In this document: positions 58,462 to 64,000 of the stretch, piece after piece
Numbering within the stretch: position 1 is the stretch's first letter
Layout: each line of letters opens with the position of its first letter
From: Bryobacteraceae bacterium
Lineage (GTDB): Bacteria > Acidobacteriota > Terriglobia > Bryobacterales > Bryobacteraceae
NCBI GenBank assembly: GCA_025927575.1
Contig: JAICLJ010000004.1
Span: forward strand, 1,785-65,784
Direction: 5' to 3'
Length of the DNA: 64,000 nucleotides
Notes under the pieces: model-generated
Database searches by the model: none
What the model saw: only the letters and a program-made list of their open reading frames with translations
What the model was told of the DNA's origin: nothing
Made by a program: the position numbers and the translations under genes

Positions 58462-59319
58462 ATGCCGGACAGGCCTCAGGTTAACTTGGAATGGCAGCGC
58501 GTCGGCGCATTTCCAGCCATTGCTTTGGAGCGAGCGCGGCGCCAGGAGCATGCGGCGCTGCAGCCGCTGGTGCAGGTAACCCGCGGTTATGTGTCCGCCC
58601 GCGCGGACGACAGCAACAACAGCTTTCGTTGGTCCTCGCGCCTGAATGCCTTGCTCACCGGTGAGATTACCGCGGGAACGCTCCCATTCCGGCTCGGGCT
58701 GCGGCTCTCGACGCTGACAATCCTTGCAGTTGGGCGTGATTCCGTTGAATTGGGCTCGGCCGCGCTGCATGGGAAATCGCTTGCGCAGGAGCGAACGTGG
58801 TTGAGTTTCCGGCTGGCGGAAGCGGGCCTGGATTGGGCTGTTCTCGAGAAACCTCTGCACTATCAGATTGGGGCGAGCGAACTTTTTGAGGGAGCGCCCT
58901 TCGAGGCGGCTGACGAATTGTCCGAATTCGCAAGGTATTATGCGAACGCGGCGCTGGTCCTGAACAGTGTTGCCGAAGCGTTGCCCGGGGCATCGGCCGT
59001 CCGTTGCTGGCCGCAGCACTTCGACATGGCGATTCTTCAACTTTTTGGAAATGGACAACGATCGCTGCGCGTAGGCTTATCTCCCGGCGATGCATCATAT
59101 GGCCAACCCTATTTTTTTGTGAAGCCGTCGGATGTGAATCCTGCAAGCAGTCTGCCCACCCTGCGGTCCGGCGGCGAATGGCACCACGGCAATTGGACCG
59201 GAGCCGTACTGACGGGTGAGGAGGTTGCCCGGCAGGAGAGCGCCGGCGATCAAGCTGCTTTTGTCACAGACTGGTTGAACGAAGCCATTGAAGCAGCGCG
59301 AGGGATATTGGCCGAATAG
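58462..59319 (+). CDS. Hypothetical protein (DUF5996-like C-terminal motifs)
   Basis: 285-aa ORF; WPQHFD..GLSPGD..PYFFV..WTGAVL. Confidence 0.6.
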   Translation: MPDRPQVNLEWQRVGAFPAIALERARRQEHAALQPLVQVTRGYVSARADDSNNSFRWSSRLNALLTGEITAGTLPFRLGLRLSTLTILAVGRDSVELGSAALHGKSLAQERTWLSFRLAEAGLDWAVLEKPLHYQIGASELFEGAPFEAADELSEFARYYANAALVLNSVAEALPGASAVRCWPQHFDMAILQLFGNGQRSLRVGLSPGDASYGQPYFFVKPSDVNPASSLPTLRSGGEWHHGNWTGAVLTGEEVARQESAGDQAAFVTDWLNEAIEAARGILAE

Positions 59320-59351
59320 CCCCAGTAAATTCGGCATCCCTCGCCGTTTTT

Positions 59352-59520
59352 CTATTTGCTAGCGCCAAAGCCGCCGATCAGTACAACTTGCGGACCGTTG
59401 CTCGCGTCGTCACTGAATATGAGAGAGGTGGCCAGCTCACCCATGGGGGCGCAAAATAGAAAGCCGCTGCGCACGTTGTGTGATGCGCAAGCTTCGAGCC
59501 GCACCCATTTCGCGTGATGT
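59352..59520 (-). pseudogene. Relic of an ASH / choice-of-anchor-D Ig-like domain
   Basis: CGSKLAHHTTCAAAFYFAP in one frame, then SLIFSDDASNGPQVVLIGG in another. Confidence 0.45.
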
Positions 59521-59678
59521 TCCACTAGGCCAGAGTTGAGCTTTAACAACTTTGGGGTCTTCGAAACCTGGAGAGACATTGTATGAGGAGCGAATCGCTC
59601 CTGCGTTGCTAGTGAACTCAATTGCAGAAGTGCTTCTTTGGTGCAAACAGCGTTGAGGCGCGCAAACTATCGGTGGAA

Positions 59679-61343
59679 TTAGCGCGCCAGCTTTCGAATC
59701 GGAGGCTGTGATCGAAAGAGATAAATGTAGTTGCTGTTCGCGCCTGGAAACGGAGTGAAGCTATATCGTTTTTCCAGGCTTGTAATCAGCGCCTTTTCCT
59801 GTTTGCCGTCATCGAAGAACTCAATCGCGATGACGTCAGGCGCGTATGGAAGGGGAAGAGATGCCTGAACCGCGCGTTGGAGAGCTAACCCGGCGGCATT
59901 TTCGCCGATTTCAGATGGCGCCCCATTCGCCGGGCGGAGGGGATAATACGCTTGGCTCAGCCAGAGCGAATTGACAAATATCGCCTGGCAGCGCGCAGCC
60001 CAGTAGGCGGGGGCGGCATCATCCAGCATGTATCGGAGCGGATGTCCGTAGATCGCCGTTCCGAATCTTGACACCAGAAGGCGGCTGCCTGGAGGCAGGA
60101 GGCAGTTTTTGATGGAAGGCGTGATAAGCGCGATGTTCTTCCGGTTTGCCTTTGCCTGTAGCCCCGTAGTCACCGCTGTCGCAAGTAGCGCAACAACCAT
60201 CATGGCTCGGCGCGTGAAAGGGGTCATCGGCGCGGCAGAGCCGAGGGCGAGTGTTAAAAAGATCGCGGTGATTGAAAATCGCTTATGCGCGTGGTCGGCG
60301 CCATTCACCTTTTCCGGGAGCATGAGATATGTAGCCACGCAGAACATAAAAAACAACGCAATCACAAAAACGCGAGGATCTCTCCTTCGGCTCCGCCAAT
60401 ACCGGAAAGCGAAAACGACCGCGGGCACCGCGATTGACAACAAGGCAACTGTATATAGCCACCAGTCCAAGCTGAAGGGAGAAATTTCATTCAGCGTGAT
60501 CAGGGAGGCGATGCGCTTGGCAATCACTACAACAGACGGCGGGACCATCTGGAGGGCCCCCGTCTTAACGACTGTACGGATCCAAAACAAAGCGAGCAGT
60601 CCCAACGCGAAAATCAGCAGAATCGGCAATTCACGCGTTCGAAGATACGAAACCAGACGCCGATTCCAAGGATCGGCAGCCTTCCTGGGTGCGAGAAAAT
60701 AATTGCTCACCAATTCGATACCGACAAAAACGAAGAAAAGGAAAAGCGATACCGGGTGTTGTGACGCCAAGACACAAACCAGGGCTATTGTGACAAGCGC
60801 CTGCTTGATGCTAAAGGCGTCGATGTGATCGAGCCAATAGCCCACTGCAAAGAGCAACGTTGCCGTACCGAAGGCAAAATTTGTGAACCCCATGTACAAC
60901 GGCCAATTCGCAAGAAAGGGAAGAACAAAGAAGCAGCTCCAGATTCCATTTTTCCCAAGAGCGCTGCTCAGACGATAAAAACCAGTAAACGTCCATAGAA
61001 TTACTAAGCACGCTATGATTTGTTCGGTAAAGTACGGATCTAATAAGAGATTTAAACCGATTAGCAAATAGAAGTGAAACGCATAGGGAGGAAAAATACT
61101 GCGAATCGCGAAACTGTGTGAATAGATCGAGTTGCCCGCTAACAACTGCGCGAAAACCTGAGCATAGTAAGCATGCAACGCGCCGTCGTTCGTGGGCAGC
61201 ATCGGGAGAATTAAGATGTTCAACAGAACACTCAATACCGCTCCCACCAAAAGCAAGGCGGGCCAATTCGTGAAGCGTGTGATCGCGGCCAACTTGCTCG
61301 GGCGACTCGGATAATCGCCTGAATGGGGTATATGTATATCCAT
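59679..61343 (-). CDS. Polytopic membrane protein, GT-C-like (lipid-linked sugar transferase candidate)
   Basis: About 12 TM segments, PTNDGALH early loop, YMGFTNF, QHP; visibly more AT-rich than flanks. Confidence 0.6.
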   Translation of the reverse strand: MDIHIPHSGDYPSRPSKLAAITRFTNWPALLLVGAVLSVLLNILILPMLPTNDGALHAYYAQVFAQLLAGNSIYSHSFAIRSIFPPYAFHFYLLIGLNLLLDPYFTEQIIACLVILWTFTGFYRLSSALGKNGIWSCFFVLPFLANWPLYMGFTNFAFGTATLLFAVGYWLDHIDAFSIKQALVTIALVCVLASQHPVSLFLFFVFVGIELVSNYFLAPRKAADPWNRRLVSYLRTRELPILLIFALGLLALFWIRTVVKTGALQMVPPSVVVIAKRIASLITLNEISPFSLDWWLYTVALLSIAVPAVVFAFRYWRSRRRDPRVFVIALFFMFCVATYLMLPEKVNGADHAHKRFSITAIFLTLALGSAAPMTPFTRRAMMVVALLATAVTTGLQAKANRKNIALITPSIKNCLLPPGSRLLVSRFGTAIYGHPLRYMLDDAAPAYWAARCQAIFVNSLWLSQAYYPLRPANGAPSEIGENAAGLALQRAVQASLPLPYAPDVIAIEFFDDGKQEKALITSLEKRYSFTPFPGANSNYIYLFRSQPPIRKLAR

Positions 61344-61629
61344 AGGCGCGCGTAGCGCGGCTAAAACTGATTAATCAACGGACAAGTCCGAAACAAGGTT
61401 GTGGAAGTGTTGCAATAAAACCTAGCATTGGATAAACCTGAAAGCTAAGGCCCGAGTGTAACGCTTAGCTAAGCCAAGTTTCAATAGATTATTTCTAGGA
61501 CGGCAGCATTATCTCTCTGCTCACCGACCCGCGTAACTGTACATGTTGGCTTGGTAGTTCGATGCTTTTGGTGCTTGGCAATGCCTGACGTGGTTTGCAT
61601 GCCCACGGGATGTGAGATCGTTACTGCCG

Positions 61630-61775
61630 AATTGACTGGCTGTGCTTGAACCACTCAAGGGGAAATCGAAGCGCAAGATGGGTATCATCGGTTTCTGGTA
61701 GAACTGCCGATACGCATCAAACAAAGGGATCAATAGGTCAAGATCGGAAATAGTGCCTTGACGAATTAAAGTGCA
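61630..61775 (-). pseudogene. Frameshifted, truncated GNAT acetyltransferase
   Basis: IRQGTISDLDLLIPLFDAYRQFYQKP, then shifted frame DTHLALRFPLEWFKHSQSI; no C-terminal half. Confidence 0.7.
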
Positions 61776-61847
61776 CGTTCTTCTCTCATGCCGATCCTTC
61801 GATGCTACAACGGTTGACGAGACCCTCGTGATGCGGCCTGACTCCCT

Positions 61848-63122
61848 ATGCCCCGCCTGATCTGCCATGTCGACATGGACGCATTCTTCGTTTCGGTAGA
61901 AGAACTGTTCGACCCGTTACTGAAAGGGAAAGCCGTCGTTGTGGGCGGGAAGGCGGATCAGCGGGGCGTCGTTTCGGCGGCCTCGTACGAAGCCCGGCGC
62001 TATGGCGTGCATTCCGCCCTGCCGCTGCGCACTGCTGCGAAGCTATGCCCACACGCGATTTTTGTCGAAGGACATCCGGAGCGCTACCGCGAATATTCTC
62101 AAAAAGCATTCAGCGTCCTGAACCGCTTTACGCCGCAGGTCGAAATGGCCTCGATTGACGAAGCCTATCTCGATCTGACAGGAACCGAACGGTTGCACGG
62201 GCGTCCACTCCAGGTAGCCCACACCCTCCACGAAGCCATGAAGCGGGAAACGAATTTGAACTGTTCGCTGGGCTTGGCATCGTCAAGGCTCGTGGCGAAA
62301 GTCTGCTCAGATCAGGCAAAGCCGAACGGAGTGCTTTGGGTGCTGCCCGGACAAGAAGCGGCGTTTCTCGCCCCACTCGACATTCGGAAGATTCCCGGAG
62401 TAGGCAAAGTGACGGAGGCCTCTCTCAACATCTTGGGAATCCATCGTGTCGGCGATCTGGTGACGCTCGATGAAGGATTCCTGCGAGAGCGATTTGGGCG
62501 CTGGGGGCTCGCGCTCGCGGGCAAGGCGAGAGGGCAGGACGCGGGATCGTGGTTCGACGGCGAAGTGGGCGCTATGGAAGATCCGAAATCAATCAGCCAT
62601 GAGCACACATTTTCCGATGACGTTGCGGATCGAACGGAGCTCGAAACTGTACTGGTGAAGCTTTCCGAAATGGTGGCGAAGCGCCTGCGTGAGCATAAGC
62701 TGTACTCGCGCACCATTCAACTGAAACTGCGCTATCACGATTTCACGACGATTACACGGGCTCACACTCTCGACCACGGGACGCAGTTCGACGGCGACTT
62801 AATCACCGCGGTGCTGGGTCTGCTGCGCCGGAACTGGGATGGAGCTACGCCGGTACGGTTGCTCGGCGTCCATGCCGGATCGCTCGAACGAAGCGAAGGA
62901 CAAATGAGCCTGCTGGACGAACCGGAGGCGGCGAGACTGCGGAGCGCGTTCCGGGCAGTCGACCGAATTCGCGATCGCTTTGGCGCATCGAGTATATCGC
63001 TTGCCCGAAGCATGCAGACTGATCTCCGCGAAAGGACGCACGAGAACCCTTACGATCTGCCGGGCAAAGCGCCGCGCGAGAAAGAGGAATCGAACCCACC
63101 CGCGCCGAAGTCGAAGAGCTGA
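61848..63122 (+). CDS. dinB: DNA polymerase IV (Y family)
   Basis: HVDMDAFFVSVE, SAASYEAR, SIDEAYLD, KPNG, IPGVG, KSISHEHTF. Confidence 0.96.
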   Translation: MPRLICHVDMDAFFVSVEELFDPLLKGKAVVVGGKADQRGVVSAASYEARRYGVHSALPLRTAAKLCPHAIFVEGHPERYREYSQKAFSVLNRFTPQVEMASIDEAYLDLTGTERLHGRPLQVAHTLHEAMKRETNLNCSLGLASSRLVAKVCSDQAKPNGVLWVLPGQEAAFLAPLDIRKIPGVGKVTEASLNILGIHRVGDLVTLDEGFLRERFGRWGLALAGKARGQDAGSWFDGEVGAMEDPKSISHEHTFSDDVADRTELETVLVKLSEMVAKRLREHKLYSRTIQLKLRYHDFTTITRAHTLDHGTQFDGDLITAVLGLLRRNWDGATPVRLLGVHAGSLERSEGQMSLLDEPEAARLRSAFRAVDRIRDRFGASSISLARSMQTDLRERTHENPYDLPGKAPREKEESNPPAPKSKS

Positions 63123-64000
63123 CTACGCTCCGTACGACTGATCGATCAGCTTATTCAGGAACGCGATGGAGGCGCGGATGTCCGACTCCTGTTGGGGCCC
63201 CGAGATTTCCCGCTCAATCGTAATCGGACCTGTGTAGTCGATTTCTCGAAGGCGGCGCATCAGTTGAGGAAAATCGACCCGGCCTTTGCCGATGGCGACT
63301 TCTTTGCCGAGATCCCTGGGATTCGTCGGGTAGTGGCCATCTTTTGCGTGCAGACCGCGCACATGCTTGCCGATCACATCCATCGCGCCGACAGGTTCGC
63401 CCTTGCCGTAAAGAATCAAGTTCGCGGTGTCCAGATTCGCAGACAGATTGTCGAGGCCTACATCTTGAATGGCGCGCAGCATGGTGACGGGCGTCTCCTG
63501 CCCGGTTTCCATGAGGAATAACTGGCCATTGTTTTTGCAATAGGCGGCAACCTCGTGAATTACCTTCACTACCTCCGGGTACATCGGGTCGTTCGGATCC
63601 TCCGGAATAAAGCCGCAGTGCGTGTGGACGGCCCCGATTCCACATCGTTTCGCGAGTTCGGAAGCGCGCTTCAACGCGGCGACGCGCGCGGCGCGCGTGG
63701 CGCGCGGAACCAACCCGATCGTCTCCGGGCCGTGGTAGAAATCCCAAACCATTCGGCCGCTTCCGAGTGTCATGGCGGCAGTGGCTTCCACGCCATATTT
63801 GTCGAGAGCCGCTTTCAGCGGAGCCGCCAGGCTGGCAGCCGCTTCTCCAACGCTGACCTGGCAGGTGGAGAGCCCAAAACGGTGGACACGCGCGATAGCG
63901 GCATCCGGTGTTTCCTTGCTCCCTATGCCGACGATGACTCCCAGCCGAGGCCGATTCGTGGGCGCGGCGGTAGCTTTCACGGCGAGGGCGCCCACCGCGG
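63123..64000 (-). CDS. Sugar-phosphate isomerase/epimerase TIM-barrel protein (5' end outside window)
   Basis: HCGFIPE, METGQE, NLDTANLILYG, HAKDG, TIERE. Confidence 0.88.
   Translation of the reverse strand, partial: AVGALAVKATAAPTNRPRLGVIVGIGSKETPDAAIARVHRFGLSTCQVSVGEAAASLAAPLKAALDKYGVEATAAMTLGSGRMVWDFYHGPETIGLVPRATRAARVAALKRASELAKRCGIGAVHTHCGFIPEDPNDPMYPEVVKVIHEVAAYCKNNGQLFLMETGQETPVTMLRAIQDVGLDNLSANLDTANLILYGKGEPVGAMDVIGKHVRGLHAKDGHYPTNPRDLGKEVAIGKGRVDFPQLMRRLREIDYTGPITIEREISGPQQESDIRASIAFLNKLIDQSYGA

Overview
GC-rich bacterial chromosome segment. Gene content suggests Acidobacteriota (tandem carboxypeptidase-regulatory-domain proteins, AsmA-like protein, FHA-GAF-PP2C, rpsA-ihfB-HIT); this is an inference. 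Most of it is housekeeping or carbohydrate metabolism: NtrC-family regulator, dapF, uvrC, tRNA-Ile2, sodC, sodA, nagA, ilvE, fucP, rpsA, DNA polymerase IV, GH51 and GH39. Two accessory blocks stand out. (1) 26113-39009 is a 12-gene orphan glycan cassette of the 'rhizo-twelve' type: four CgeB-like GTs, GT4, GT9-like, nucleotidyltransferase, methyltransferase, two epimerases, B12-radical SAM enzyme and an apparently circularly permuted clan GH-A hydrolase. (2) About 43230-47944 is an integrase-free cassette sitting in the 3' end of a DinB-family gene, bounded by a diverged direct repeat. It encodes a secreted seven-blade PLL-type lectin / metzincin / Cys-rich / FrpC-like self-processing-module protein (Ser-Pro in place of the Asp-Pro cleavage site; one frameshift), a DsbA-family oxidoreductase and a secreted TIMP/NTR-like partner. 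A remnant of an earlier related cassette lies at the same site. Also seen: many -10 boxes directly abutting start codons (probable leaderless genes), an IHF consensus site in the rpsA-ihfB promoter, and several small gene relics. All family assignments come from motif recognition by eye; no database searches were run.
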